A stretch of 64,000 nt of DNA from an uncultured Pseudomonadota bacterium (GTDB lineage Bacteria > Vulcanimicrobiota > Vulcanimicrobiia > Eremiobacterales > Eremiobacteraceae): NCBI GenBank assembly GCA_963736005.1, contig CAVTNB010000003.1, forward strand, positions 256,001 through 320,000, written 5' to 3'. A model generated the notes under the pieces. The model made no database searches and had not been told where the DNA came from. It saw nothing but the letters and a program-made list of their open reading frames with translations. Position numbers and translations under genes: made by a program. Positions 29,614-39,319 of this stretch are shown here, piece by piece (position 1 is the stretch's first letter; the number at the start of each line of letters is the position of its first letter).

Positions 29614-31185
29614 ATGACAGCCGTGCCTTTTGGCCGTGCGCGCGAGAGGCGACTATCGGATCCGCTTCGCGCCGCCTTGCTGGCCTCAACTCTTGCTTTT
29701 CTCATCTCTGGATGCGGAGGCGGGGCCGGTATTGCTCCCTTCCCCAAAGGTCCAAGTAACTTCCCGAGTCCCCAAGCTTCCGACGTCTTGCGGTTATCGA
29801 CGGACATTTTTTCGAACGGTTCAAGCCAACACGCAACGGAGGTTGAGCCCTCCGCGGTTTCGTTTGGTTCGACGATCGTCGCTGCATTTCAATCGGGCCG
29901 TTTCTTTAATGCGGGCTCGTCGGATATCGCGTTTGCAACTTCTCACGATGGCGGCATGACCTGGTTGGACGGCGTGCTCCCGGGAACGACAAATATCGTG
30001 CAGCCGGGCAGCGCCTTTGACAGCATCAGTGATCCCTCGGTGGCGTACGACGCGCTGCACGGAGTGTGGTTGATTGCGGGGCTACCCGTTATTTTTAGCG
30101 GGGCACCCGCTCCTGCCGCCGTTGTCAGCCGTTCGAGCGACGGGTTCAGCTGGAGCAATCCGATCAGCATCGCGCCTAATCAAACCTCGAGCGACAAGGA
30201 TTGGATCGCTTGCGATGATTCGCCCGGAAGCCCATACTACGGACATTGCTACGTCGAATGGGATAACTCAGCCACGAACGGCACGATCCTCATGAGCACG
30301 TCGGTCGACGGGGGACTGACTTGGGGCCCACCCTTAGCCACGGCGAACAACGCGACTGGCATCGGCGGACAGCCCGTGGTGCTACCGAACGGTCGCGTCG
30401 TCGTTCCCGTTGATGACTATAACGAGTTTAACGTGCTCTCGTTCGTGTCGACCAACGGTGGGGCGAGTTGGAATGCCGCGATCGTTGCAGCATCCATCTC
30501 CGACCACTTCGAAGCCGCCAATCTGCGCAGCGCTCCATTACCTTCTGCAGCGGTTGACGCCGGCGGAACCGTCTACCTCGTTTGGCAAGACTGCCGCTTT
30601 CGAAACCAATGCGCGGAAAATGACATCGTGCTGAGCACCTCGAGCGATGGCGGCAGCTGGACTGCGCCCACGCGCGTACCGATTGACGCGCAAACGAGCG
30701 CTGTCGATCACTTTCTCCCAGGCATTCGAGTGGCGCCTCTCACCGCGGGTCCGAGCGCGCACCTCGGCATCACCTATTACTATTACCCCAACACCGCATG
30801 CGCGCCGGCGAATTGCGCGCTCGATGTGGGGTATATTTCGTCTTTGGATGGTGGATCAACGTGGAGCAATCCGGTTTTTTTGAGTGGCCCCATGAGCGTG
30901 CAATGGCTCGCGCAAACCAACATTGGAGCGATGGTGGGCGACTATACGACGACCGTGTTCGCGGGAAATCAACCCTACGGCATCTTCGCTCTTGCGCACC
31001 AGCCATCGGGCGAACTCAACGAGGCGATGTACATCACTAAGGCCGGGACGATTGCCCTCGCTACCGGCCGGCGAAGTTCATTTGGTGAGCGAGCTATCCC
31101 GGGAGCGCACTCGGATCACCCGCCGAGGAAGCCGCCGCCCCCCGAATCGATGAATGTTCTCGCCAATCCATTGGGCGGCGATTAG
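29614..31185 (+). CDS. Sialidase-like (BNR/Asp-box repeat) lipoprotein
   Basis: Lipobox ISGC; repeated S.DGG.TW Asp-boxes; DKDWIACD. Confidence 0.8.
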   Translation: MTAVPFGRARERRLSDPLRAALLASTLAFLISGCGGGAGIAPFPKGPSNFPSPQASDVLRLSTDIFSNGSSQHATEVEPSAVSFGSTIVAAFQSGRFFNAGSSDIAFATSHDGGMTWLDGVLPGTTNIVQPGSAFDSISDPSVAYDALHGVWLIAGLPVIFSGAPAPAAVVSRSSDGFSWSNPISIAPNQTSSDKDWIACDDSPGSPYYGHCYVEWDNSATNGTILMSTSVDGGLTWGPPLATANNATGIGGQPVVLPNGRVVVPVDDYNEFNVLSFVSTNGGASWNAAIVAASISDHFEAANLRSAPLPSAAVDAGGTVYLVWQDCRFRNQCAENDIVLSTSSDGGSWTAPTRVPIDAQTSAVDHFLPGIRVAPLTAGPSAHLGITYYYYPNTACAPANCALDVGYISSLDGGSTWSNPVFLSGPMSVQWLAQTNIGAMVGDYTTTVFAGNQPYGIFALAHQPSGELNEAMYITKAGTIALATGRRSSFGERAIPGAHSDHPPRKPPPPESMNVLANPLGGD

Positions 31186-31186
31186 T

Positions 31187-32077
31187 CTATGGGGCGCTCA
31201 TCGTGTACGACGGTCCGCTCGTGTAAGGACTTGTGAACGGGGAGCCGGTAAACGGGTTGGCTGCATAGGGTGAACCAGAAAATGGGCTGGCGTTGAACGG
31301 GCTCGAATAGGGCAAGCTGCCATACGGTGAGGCGCTCGGGAGCGCAGCGTACGGCAAGGCGGTGTACGGCGTGCCCGAATACGGAGAACCGGTAAATGGG
31401 TTCACATATTGGAGTCCGTTGCTGAAGTGATCCATGTAAAAACGGCCGTTACTGAAGGGCGTGTTGGTGAAACCGCCAGTATAGAAACTATCGAACGAAA
31501 ATCGCGAGCTCGGTTCGTAGCCCACAGACGTCGGCAATGAGCCGGTATACGGAGTGCCGTACGTGGCCAAGTTGCGCGACCGATAGGCTTGCACGTAGAG
31601 CACGTGCTGAATTTGGGTGGCGTCGAGCAACAGGCGTTGCGCGCGTGGATCGGTCACACAGCTCAGCGCCGGCGAGCTCTGTCCCTTCCAACTGATGGTG
31701 ATCGATGCGTTCACTTCGACCGTCGTGGGCGCATTCTCATCGGCACTGCTCGTGCATGGTCTGCCAGAAAGTTGCCCGAGGGGACCAACCGATGCGAGAT
31801 CGTCAAAAAACTTTTCCACGACGTCGGATTGCAATTGCGCGGATGAGTGGCCGGCACCATCGATTGAAATCGCGCGACCATCTGGATTCACAACGATGCG
31901 AAACCCTGCATAGTCACCGGACCCAGGATTGTAGATCATCGCCGCGTTCGCGGGCATCGGCAGGGTGGGGACGTTTGAAGCCCCTAAGAACGCGATCGCC
32001 AATGCAGAAACGGCGAGCGTCACAACCCCTTCAGTGAGTTTCTTCAACAGCGGTCCCCCGTAAGCATCATAGGGCAT
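31187..32077 (-). CDS. Hypothetical secreted protein with C-terminal aromatic pentapeptide repeats
   Basis: Hydrophobic N-terminus; C-terminal (S/N/T/L)P(F/Y)xx repeats. Start uncertain. Confidence 0.65.
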   Translation of the reverse strand: MPYDAYGGPLLKKLTEGVVTLAVSALAIAFLGASNVPTLPMPANAAMIYNPGSGDYAGFRIVVNPDGRAISIDGAGHSSAQLQSDVVEKFFDDLASVGPLGQLSGRPCTSSADENAPTTVEVNASITISWKGQSSPALSCVTDPRAQRLLLDATQIQHVLYVQAYRSRNLATYGTPYTGSLPTSVGYEPSSRFSFDSFYTGGFTNTPFSNGRFYMDHFSNGLQYVNPFTGSPYSGTPYTALPYAALPSASPYGSLPYSSPFNASPFSGSPYAANPFTGSPFTSPYTSGPSYTMSAP

Positions 32078-32207
32078 TCATCTGCCCTGTGCAAGGTCGA
32101 TACGGCCCGGTCCTTGTCCGGCTTTGCGGTACGTTGAGGGACGCCTCAAGGCTTTGCGCGGCCATTCAAAAGAGGCATCCCCCGCTTCAGGCAACCAAAT
32201 CTTTCGA

Positions 32208-32648
32208 ATGCGAACGATTCACTCGTCTCCTGACTTCGCGGCCCTCAAGGTGATCTTGTTGTTGCTTGCCATCCTGGCCACGGTGGCCGGAGTTCTGTTG
32301 CTCTTTGGCGCCAGACCGCTCGCCGTGCTCGCACCGGCGGATCTCCATCTGCTACCCGTTCTCGGCGTCGGCTTGCTGATGGTCCTTGGGATCGCTGAAC
32401 TCGGTTTTGGTTACCTAATGTACCTCGCGTCACGCGATCCGATCCGGTACGTCGGTGTCATCGACACGATCATCTTCTTCTTGTTCGCGGGTGCTCTCTT
32501 CGATCTCTATGTCGCCTTTGCGCTTCACGCGCTTCTTGGTTCGCTGGGCTGGTTTGGCGCTGGTGTGCGCCTGGTGCTCGCAATAATCCTGACTGCACTG
32601 CGTCCGCGCGGCGTTAGCGCCGTTACACCCTGGGAGGGTCGGTCATGA
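32208..32648 (+). CDS. Hypothetical four-TM membrane protein
   Basis: Four hydrophobic segments; ATGA overlap with the downstream VOC gene. Confidence 0.6.
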   Translation: MRTIHSSPDFAALKVILLLLAILATVAGVLLLFGARPLAVLAPADLHLLPVLGVGLLMVLGIAELGFGYLMYLASRDPIRYVGVIDTIIFFLFAGALFDLYVAFALHALLGSLGWFGAGVRLVLAIILTALRPRGVSAVTPWEGRS

Positions 32649-32992
32649 TCAAGGACATGGCGTTTGTCGCTTACTCGGTCAGCGACATTCCGCGATCGGT
32701 TGCTTTCTATCGCGATGTGATCGGTTTGCAACCGGGCGATATGGCAAGCGAGCACTGGGTGGAGTTTAACGTTGGTCCAACGACCTTTGGAGTCGGGCAC
32801 GGTGAAGGCATTGGAATCAAGCCCGGGTCGCAGTGCAGCGCAGTCTTTGAAGTTGACAATCTTACCGAGTTGCGCAGCAAACTCGTGGCACAAGGGGTTA
32901 CCATTACCGACGTCACGCAGGGCCCTGCATGCATGAGTTGCTTCGTTACAGATCCAGACGGAAACCGCTTCGCGTTGCACCAGCGCAGTTAA
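32645..32992 (+). CDS. VOC/glyoxalase family protein
   Basis: YSVSDIPRSVAFYRDVIG..FEVDN..DPDGNRFALH. Confidence 0.9.
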   Translation: MIKDMAFVAYSVSDIPRSVAFYRDVIGLQPGDMASEHWVEFNVGPTTFGVGHGEGIGIKPGSQCSAVFEVDNLTELRSKLVAQGVTITDVTQGPACMSCFVTDPDGNRFALHQRS

Positions 32993-33003
32993 GCCGTTAC
33001 GTT

Positions 33004-33028
33004 GGGCGATTTTCCAATCGCCCGCTAC
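33004..33028 (-). repeat. REP-A copy overlapping a stop codon
   Basis: Reverse complement is GTAGC-GGGCGATTGGAAAATCGCCC; the TAG is the stop of the 33025 gene. Confidence 0.88.
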
Positions 33029-33582
33029 ATCGGTGGCTGGATCGCGTGCAGTGACATGAGCAGCAAAAGCATCCCTGGGTCGGTGCTCTGCTCGTGCGAA
33101 CCCATCAGTCCCTCGTGGTGCATTCCCGTCCAACCGCCGCCCATCCCAGGTCCACCCATGCCCGGCGGGCCTGGCATCGGTCCCTGCGGATTTGCAGCCA
33201 TCATCTGTTGATGCGCGGCATCCATGATCTGCCGCGACTGTGTCTCAACCGACGATGATATGTTCGCAATCGTCCGCCCTTGTGATTGGCTCAACGAGTT
33301 GTCGATGGTACGCGCGGCGGCATTGACATCTGGATTTGACGATATGGCCAGCTGGCCCACCACTTGCGCGAGCAGCGTCCGCTGCGACGCATTGAGGACA
33401 TTTAACGCTGCGAGCCGCGCCTGCGAATGGAGCTGCTCAACCTTTGCGTGCGCTTGCTCCATGGCGGCAAACGCCGCGCGCATTTGCGGCGAGGGTGTCG
33501 CATCCGAGGTAGCATCCGCGAGCGCGCCGATTGGCATAAGTATCATGGCGATCGCGAGGATCGCGAAACGAAAGCTTTTCAT
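33025..33582 (-). CDS. Secreted helical Met/Gln-rich protein (loosely Spy/CpxP-like)
   Basis: Signal peptide MKSFRFAILA..ALA; VLNASQRT resembles the LTxxQ motif. Confidence 0.6.
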   Translation of the reverse strand: MKSFRFAILAIAMILMPIGALADATSDATPSPQMRAAFAAMEQAHAKVEQLHSQARLAALNVLNASQRTLLAQVVGQLAISSNPDVNAAARTIDNSLSQSQGRTIANISSSVETQSRQIMDAAHQQMMAANPQGPMPGPPGMGGPGMGGGWTGMHHEGLMGSHEQSTDPGMLLLLMSLHAIQPPM

Positions 33583-33655
33583 AATGATAAATCTAGCAGT
33601 CCTTGCTGGGATTGCTCTGGGAATGCGCTCAGAATAGCTCGAGCGCAGGTCCGGG

Positions 33656-34387
33656 TTACCGCGCGCGGAGCGAAATGTTTCCAACGCCCGTGGTAAGGTG
33701 CACCTGGATGGTCCCATTCCCAGCTTTGGTTTGAAGAGTTGCGCTCATCATGTGTTTCTCGGGCGATCCGAAAGCGGTCGAAATGTTGCCGATATGAGTC
33801 GAGGCGGAGATGGACGCATCGGCCGAGCGCGGCAAACTTAAGGTAATGGTTCCCGTGCCGGTGGAAAGCGTGATTCGGCGCGTGTTCAGCAGGCTTGAAA
33901 GACTTGCGTTAACGTTGCCGGTTTGGGTCTCCGCAATGAGATCTCCATCGCTTGCAGAAATATCGACGCTTCCAGTCGATGTTCTCGCAACGACGGTGCT
34001 TGCGATACCCGCAACCGAGATCTTGCCAACCGCTCCGCTTGCTGCCACAGAAACCGATCGAGGCACCCACACCTCTAAATCGATGCCGCACTCATCGCAT
34101 CCGTCAAATGGGATCGCTCTCAGGGTCACGTTTCCAGCATCTCTGGTCACGTCGACGCGCAGACGATCGAGTTCTCGTTGGTTGCCAGCACGTTCGTGGG
34201 CGGTCCACTTGACGGCATTGCTTTGCCACGTAATGACGGAAATGTTGCCGATGGACGTGGACAGCGTGGCCACACCCCCTGCCACGATCACCGCGCTCCC
34301 ACTCACATCCTTCGAGATTCCGGACGAGCCAAAAGCGCCCATGAGCGTGACCGCTACCATAACCGTGGCAAAGCGCAACGCAATCAT
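33656..34387 (-). CDS. DUF4097-like beta-strand repeat protein
   Basis: Repeated T..G.I/V units (STSIGNI, TSTGSV, TQTGNV, TGVGNI); signal peptide. Confidence 0.8.
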   Translation of the reverse strand: MIALRFATVMVAVTLMGAFGSSGISKDVSGSAVIVAGGVATLSTSIGNISVITWQSNAVKWTAHERAGNQRELDRLRVDVTRDAGNVTLRAIPFDGCDECGIDLEVWVPRSVSVAASGAVGKISVAGIASTVVARTSTGSVDISASDGDLIAETQTGNVNASLSSLLNTRRITLSTGTGTITLSLPRSADASISASTHIGNISTAFGSPEKHMMSATLQTKAGNGTIQVHLTTGVGNISLRAR

Positions 34388-34464
34388 TGCAAGCCCTTTC
34401 TACGATTTGCTCGAGCGGGTCCTTGTACGGGCCTATTCGAACACTAGGTCCACCTGTTAAAACG

Positions 34465-34848
34465 ATGAAAACAATCTCGGGAATCCACGCAATCGTCTTC
34501 AGCCAAAAGGCAGAGTCAGTTCGCGCCTTCTTCAAGGATGTACTCAAGCTGGATTCCGTCGACGCGCGTGATGGCTGGCCTATTTTTGCGCTTCCCCCCG
34601 TCGAGCTGGCCGTTCATCCCGCCGACAGAAAAGGCTGGGTCGAAATCTTTTTGATGACGGAGAGCATCAAACACACGGTCAAAGCGTTGCGAAAAAAGGG
34701 CATAACGTTTACCGGCGGCATTCAGGACAGAGGGTGGGGTCTTTTGTCGCGCGCAAAGCTCCCCGATGGCAGCACTATCGGCGTGTACGAGCCGCGCCAT
34801 CCCTCGCCGTTGACAACAAGAAAAAAGCGCCGCTCGGCGCGCAATTAA
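34465..34848 (+). CDS. VOC/extradiol dioxygenase-like protein
   Basis: RAFFKDVL..GWPIFALPPVELAVHP..DRGWG..GVYEPRHP. Confidence 0.85.
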   Translation: MKTISGIHAIVFSQKAESVRAFFKDVLKLDSVDARDGWPIFALPPVELAVHPADRKGWVEIFLMTESIKHTVKALRKKGITFTGGIQDRGWGLLSRAKLPDGSTIGVYEPRHPSPLTTRKKRRSARN

Positions 34849-34881
34849 GCTACTTTTTCCAAACGTTCAAGGAGAGTTGTG

Positions 34882-35766
34882 ATGCCCCAGAGTTGGCCCT
34901 CGCTCCCCCTCGCGCAATGGCAGGACACAAAAGACACCCTCCAGTTGTACACGCAGATCGTTGGCAAGATTCGCATGACGCTTGCGCCACCCGAACCGCA
35001 GTGGGCTCACGTGACGCTCTATGTCACCTCACGCGGGCTGACGACGAGTCCCATGCCCTATCATGGGGAGACCTTCCAAATTGACTTTGACTTCATCGCC
35101 CACAAGCTCATCGTCAACAAGAGCGATGGCCAGGTCGGTAACCTCAACCTCGAAGCGCGCTCCGTCGCAAGGTTCTACGAATGCGTGATGTCGTTACTCG
35201 CCGATCTGGGGATCAGCGTTCACATCACACCCATGCCCCAAGAGGTCCCAGATCCCATCGCTTTCACAAACGATACGACGCATTCGTCCTACGATGCCGA
35301 ATACGTGCATCTGTTTTGGCGCGTTCTCTCTTTAATAGACTCGACACTCAAACGACATCGGGCTCCGTTTCGCGGCCGCCACTCACCGGTTCACTTCTTT
35401 TGGGGCGGGTTCGACTTGGCCTATACTCGCCACACGGGCAAGCCTGCATCCCCGCCACCGAACGCAAATTTCCTGTATCGAACGTCGATGGATGTGGAAG
35501 AAATCTACTCAGGCTTTTGGCCCGGCGATGCCCGCTTCCCAGAACCCGCGCTTGCCTGCTACGTGTACCCCAAACCGCCGGACATCGAGCGGCGAGTTCT
35601 TCGGCCCAGCACAGCGTTTTGGAACGCGCAGCTCGGTCTGTTTATCGTTCGCTATGAAGATATCCGCACGGCCCGGTCTCCGGAAGATGCGATCTTGGAG
35701 TTTCTTTCAAGCTCGTACGAAGAGTGCGCATCGTGCGCCGGCTGGGACCGCGCTATTCTCGGCTAG
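34882..35766 (+). CDS. DUF5996-like protein
   Basis: WQDTKDTLQLYTQIVGKIR, SPVHFFWGGFDLA and GFWPG motifs. Confidence 0.75.
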   Translation: MPQSWPSLPLAQWQDTKDTLQLYTQIVGKIRMTLAPPEPQWAHVTLYVTSRGLTTSPMPYHGETFQIDFDFIAHKLIVNKSDGQVGNLNLEARSVARFYECVMSLLADLGISVHITPMPQEVPDPIAFTNDTTHSSYDAEYVHLFWRVLSLIDSTLKRHRAPFRGRHSPVHFFWGGFDLAYTRHTGKPASPPPNANFLYRTSMDVEEIYSGFWPGDARFPEPALACYVYPKPPDIERRVLRPSTAFWNAQLGLFIVRYEDIRTARSPEDAILEFLSSSYEECASCAGWDRAILG

Positions 35767-36632
35767 CGTGACAGCGCCGCGAGGTTGGTTCGCAGCGCTC
35801 GCCAGACCAATTCGGCGCGACCAATCGTCGGCCGACCGGCTGATAGATCGAAGCGTTGGCGTTCCAACCTTTCAAGCAGCGCCCGATACAGATCCACGGC
35901 GAGCATGACCGTTACGCGGGAGCCGTCGTTCGGCAGCCGCGCCGCAAGCAGCACCCCCTCCGCATAGCACGCATGGGCGCGCTGCGCAATCGCCCGCTTG
36001 ACGTCCAGCAAGTCTCCCTCACCGTGGCGCGCAAAGGCGAGGTAGTCGCGGCCGAGGCGACGATCGTGTTCGGTATCGCGCAGCATGTTCGTCAGCTGCA
36101 TCGCGATGCCGATCTGCTCTGCGCGCCGGATGGAATCGGGATCCGACGCTCCCAACACCACTACCCCGCAACGACCCACACCGCCCGTGATCATGGAGGC
36201 GCATCGCTCGAGATCGTCGATGGAGTCTATTGGCGCGCCGTCCACCTCGGCGACGCATCCATCAACCACTCGGAGAGCGTCTTCGATCGAAATGGGGTAG
36301 CGGGCAAAGGCAGCGCGGACGGCGGGGAACCACGGCGCTGCGCTTTCATATGAAGGGCTTCGGATGTTGGCGAGGTCCTCACGTATGGATGCCAATCCCA
36401 CGCGGCGTTCGGACTGTGCGAAGCCAGGTTCGTCGGCAAGATCGTCAGCCGTGCGAAACACCCCATACAGCGCCTCGTGGGCGAGGCGTTTCGGCCGCGG
36501 CAAAAAGCGACTGGCGAAATAAAAACCCTTCGCCTCTCGAAACATCACGTGCTTGCACCAAGCGCGACTTTCAGATTCGCGAGAGCTTGACGCCGCAATC
36601 ATCCGCGCGATGTACGGTGCAACTGTACGCAA
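35763..36632 (-). CDS. Squalene/phytoene synthase family protein
   Basis: FYFASRFLP, LYGVFRTADDLAD and GIAMQLTNMLRD..D..LGRDY motifs. The start may be ATG 36602. Confidence 0.88.
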   Translation of the reverse strand: MRTVAPYIARMIAASSSRESESRAWCKHVMFREAKGFYFASRFLPRPKRLAHEALYGVFRTADDLADEPGFAQSERRVGLASIREDLANIRSPSYESAAPWFPAVRAAFARYPISIEDALRVVDGCVAEVDGAPIDSIDDLERCASMITGGVGRCGVVVLGASDPDSIRRAEQIGIAMQLTNMLRDTEHDRRLGRDYLAFARHGEGDLLDVKRAIAQRAHACYAEGVLLAARLPNDGSRVTVMLAVDLYRALLERLERQRFDLSAGRPTIGRAELVWRALRTNLAALSR

Positions 36633-36714
36633 AACCTAGCGCCCGCTGTGAGGCCAGGAACGCCGCGTCGGGCAGAGAAGCCCGCTTTTCGCGAACTCCG
36701 GGGTAGAGGTCCGC

Positions 36715-37653
36715 ATGTCTCTGTATGCATCCGATGTCTTAGAGCCACTTCTTGACGCAGGCGCGGTTCGGAGTGCGGTTCGCGAGCACTGCGTCCGGCT
36801 TCTCGACCATGCAGACCCCGGACTTCGCAATCGCCTCATGCCTGCTGCGCGTTACGTCGGTGGCAAGTGCATGGGCTATCCGGCGATTTGGTTTCTTGAA
36901 CGCATGCTGGGGCCACGAGGCATCTCTCTCGGTGGCATAATCGAGCGGTCCGAGCCGGCGCTGAGCGTCAGTTTGACGACGTCGATCGTTGACGACCTCG
37001 TCGATCGCGACGAGTCGATCGTCGCCGAGTACGTTGCTTTTCTCTACGTGCTCATCGCGCATGCGGCCTTTGAGGCGCCGACGGCCTCCAGAACGGATTT
37101 GCGTCCCCAAAGAGCGCTTCTCGATCGTGCGCTCGATGTGTGTATGGATCCAAACGCCGCTGACGGCGGCGCGGCTCGTCGAGGTAATCGCATTGGTCAT
37201 TTCTACCGCATGATCGCTCACGGACCAGCGGATGCATTCCTTCCCGAGCAGGTGGCGAGCGTGGTTGTCGAAGCCGTGGGAAGGTTTGGCGAATTCTGCG
37301 CGCACGTTGACGACTGGATCGATATGGAGCGCGACTTGGAGCGTGGTGTGAACGAGAACGTGGCGCTATCGCTGCTCCGAAGCCGGCGCAAGGCGCACGC
37401 CTCCGCGAAGCGAATCGACATGCATGCAGTGGACTCATTGGCCTCTGAAATGGGCGAGTTTCTGACCGGAAAGCTGCACGAAATCCGCTCCCTGCTCGCA
37501 CCGCTCGATGTGCCGAGGACCCTCGAAAGTCTCGAGCGCGTCGCAGTGCAGCTCCCGGGAACCCTTTTGGCGTGCACTGCGCGTGCGCACGTCAACTTCC
37601 ATGCAGTGCCCAACGCGCTCGCCACCGGGATCCGGCAGATCATTTCTGATTGA
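36715..37653 (+). CDS. Divergent class I isoprenoid synthase fold protein
   Basis: GGK motif, first Asp-rich DDLVDRD and second DDWIDMERD..G. Confidence 0.6.
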   Translation: MSLYASDVLEPLLDAGAVRSAVREHCVRLLDHADPGLRNRLMPAARYVGGKCMGYPAIWFLERMLGPRGISLGGIIERSEPALSVSLTTSIVDDLVDRDESIVAEYVAFLYVLIAHAAFEAPTASRTDLRPQRALLDRALDVCMDPNAADGGAARRGNRIGHFYRMIAHGPADAFLPEQVASVVVEAVGRFGEFCAHVDDWIDMERDLERGVNENVALSLLRSRRKAHASAKRIDMHAVDSLASEMGEFLTGKLHEIRSLLAPLDVPRTLESLERVAVQLPGTLLACTARAHVNFHAVPNALATGIRQIISD

Positions 37654-38384
37654 TGCGCGCACATGCAACCCGTGCCGTGGCCACGCTGCTCCTCTTAGCG
37701 CTTTGCTCGTGCAGTCAGCACACCGATTACAGCGGCACGGTCCACACCGAAGCGGTTGACGTTGGCAGCGTCACCGGAGGGCGAGTCGCGAGTGTCTGGA
37801 TCTCCCCCGGGGATCACGTCGTGGCGAGTCAACTGCTCGTCCGGCTGGACGACCGCGTGCAACGAGCCGCTCAGAAGGTAGCGCAAACCCACCTCGATCA
37901 GGCGCAAGATCAATTGGACCAAGCGACCTTCGCGCAACGCTACGTCCAGCAAGCGCATCTGGCTGTCGACTCAGCGCAGGCATCGCTCGACGCCGCCAAC
38001 GCTGCGCTCGATGAGATGAGCATTCGCAGTCCCACGAACGGCACCGTCGAGTCCATGGACTTGCAGCCAGGAGACCTCCTCCCGCCTGGGGCCACTGCGG
38101 TTGTCGTTGACACGCTCAAAGAGCCGTTCGTGATGATTTACGTTCCCCAGCGCGAGCTGGGACCGTTCGCGGTGGGGCAGAGTCTTGTCGTTCGCAGCGA
38201 TGCGTTGCCGGGGGAAACCTTCGTCGGCATGGTTGAAGAGCGAGATCGCACAGCGCAGTTCACGCCGCGCGACGTGCAAACAACAGACGATCGCGCGACG
38301 CTCACCTTCGGCGTCAAGATCCGCATCAAAGATGCTGGCAACCGTTTGTACGGTGGCACAACGGTCACGGTCTCGCCGCCGTGA
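37653..38384 (+). CDS. HlyD-family membrane fusion lipoprotein
   Basis: Lipoyl-like G.V..GD.V halves flanking a short hairpin; AQFTPRDVQT..R motif. Confidence 0.88.
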   Translation: MRAHATRAVATLLLLALCSCSQHTDYSGTVHTEAVDVGSVTGGRVASVWISPGDHVVASQLLVRLDDRVQRAAQKVAQTHLDQAQDQLDQATFAQRYVQQAHLAVDSAQASLDAANAALDEMSIRSPTNGTVESMDLQPGDLLPPGATAVVVDTLKEPFVMIYVPQRELGPFAVGQSLVVRSDALPGETFVGMVEERDRTAQFTPRDVQTTDDRATLTFGVKIRIKDAGNRLYGGTTVTVSPP

Positions 38385-39319
38385 AGACGGCGGCGATCGC
38401 CCTCAACGGCCTCACCAAGTATTATGGTTCGCGGCCTGTGGTCGACGATGTGACTTTTTCTGTTGCATCCGGCTCCATCTTCGGTCTCCTTGGGCCCAAT
38501 GGCAGCGGCAAGTCGACGACCATTAAAATGCTGTGCGGGCTCCTCTTGCCCACCGCCGGCTCGGCCTATATCGATGGCCTCGACGTCGTGAAGCGCGGTA
38601 TGGCCGTGCGCTGGCGCATCGGCTATATGGCCCAGGCTTACACGATGTACGACGATCTCACCGTGGATGAGAACCTCGAGTTTTTCGCCCGCGCGTACCG
38701 CCTGTCGGCAAACCAGCGCCGGCAACGCAAGCAAGATGTCGTCGCGCTCACCGGCATCGAGCCGTTTCTCAACATGCGCTCCGCCTTATTGTCTGGAGGC
38801 TGTCAGCGACGACTGGCGCTCGCGTCGGCGCTCTTGCACGATCCACCGATCGTCTTTTTAGATGAGCCGACCGCCGGCATCGATCCCGTGGCACGCCGCG
38901 ATCTTTGGGATTTGTTCTTCCGCTTGGCGGAGGGCGGCAAGACCTTTTTCGTCACGACGCACTACATGGACGAAGCGGAACGCTGCTCCGAAGTGGGCTA
39001 CATTTTTGACGGCAAGCTGATTGCGTGCGGCACGAGCGCCGCGCTCAGACAGTTGGCTTCTGTGAATAGGCCGGACACCAGGCGCTACGCGATCGATGCT
39101 GAGGAACCCATGCCAACCTTCGCAGCCGTTCGAAACCTTCCGTACGTGCGCGATGCCACGATTTTTGGTCGTGAACTCCACGTGCTTGTGGAGTCCACCA
39201 CGTCTGTCCAACAGCTCGCCTCGGACTTGAAGAAGTTCGCCCCCGCGGAAGCAATACGACGGGTCGACCCATCCCTCGAAGATGTCTTTGTCACGCTCAC
39301 TCGCGAGCGTGATGCATGA
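38381..39319 (+). CDS. ABC transporter ATP-binding protein
   Basis: GPNGSGKST, LSGG, FLDEPTAGIDP and TTHYMDEAE. Confidence 0.95.
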   Translation: MKTAAIALNGLTKYYGSRPVVDDVTFSVASGSIFGLLGPNGSGKSTTIKMLCGLLLPTAGSAYIDGLDVVKRGMAVRWRIGYMAQAYTMYDDLTVDENLEFFARAYRLSANQRRQRKQDVVALTGIEPFLNMRSALLSGGCQRRLALASALLHDPPIVFLDEPTAGIDPVARRDLWDLFFRLAEGGKTFFVTTHYMDEAERCSEVGYIFDGKLIACGTSAALRQLASVNRPDTRRYAIDAEEPMPTFAAVRNLPYVRDATIFGRELHVLVESTTSVQQLASDLKKFAPAEAIRRVDPSLEDVFVTLTRERDA

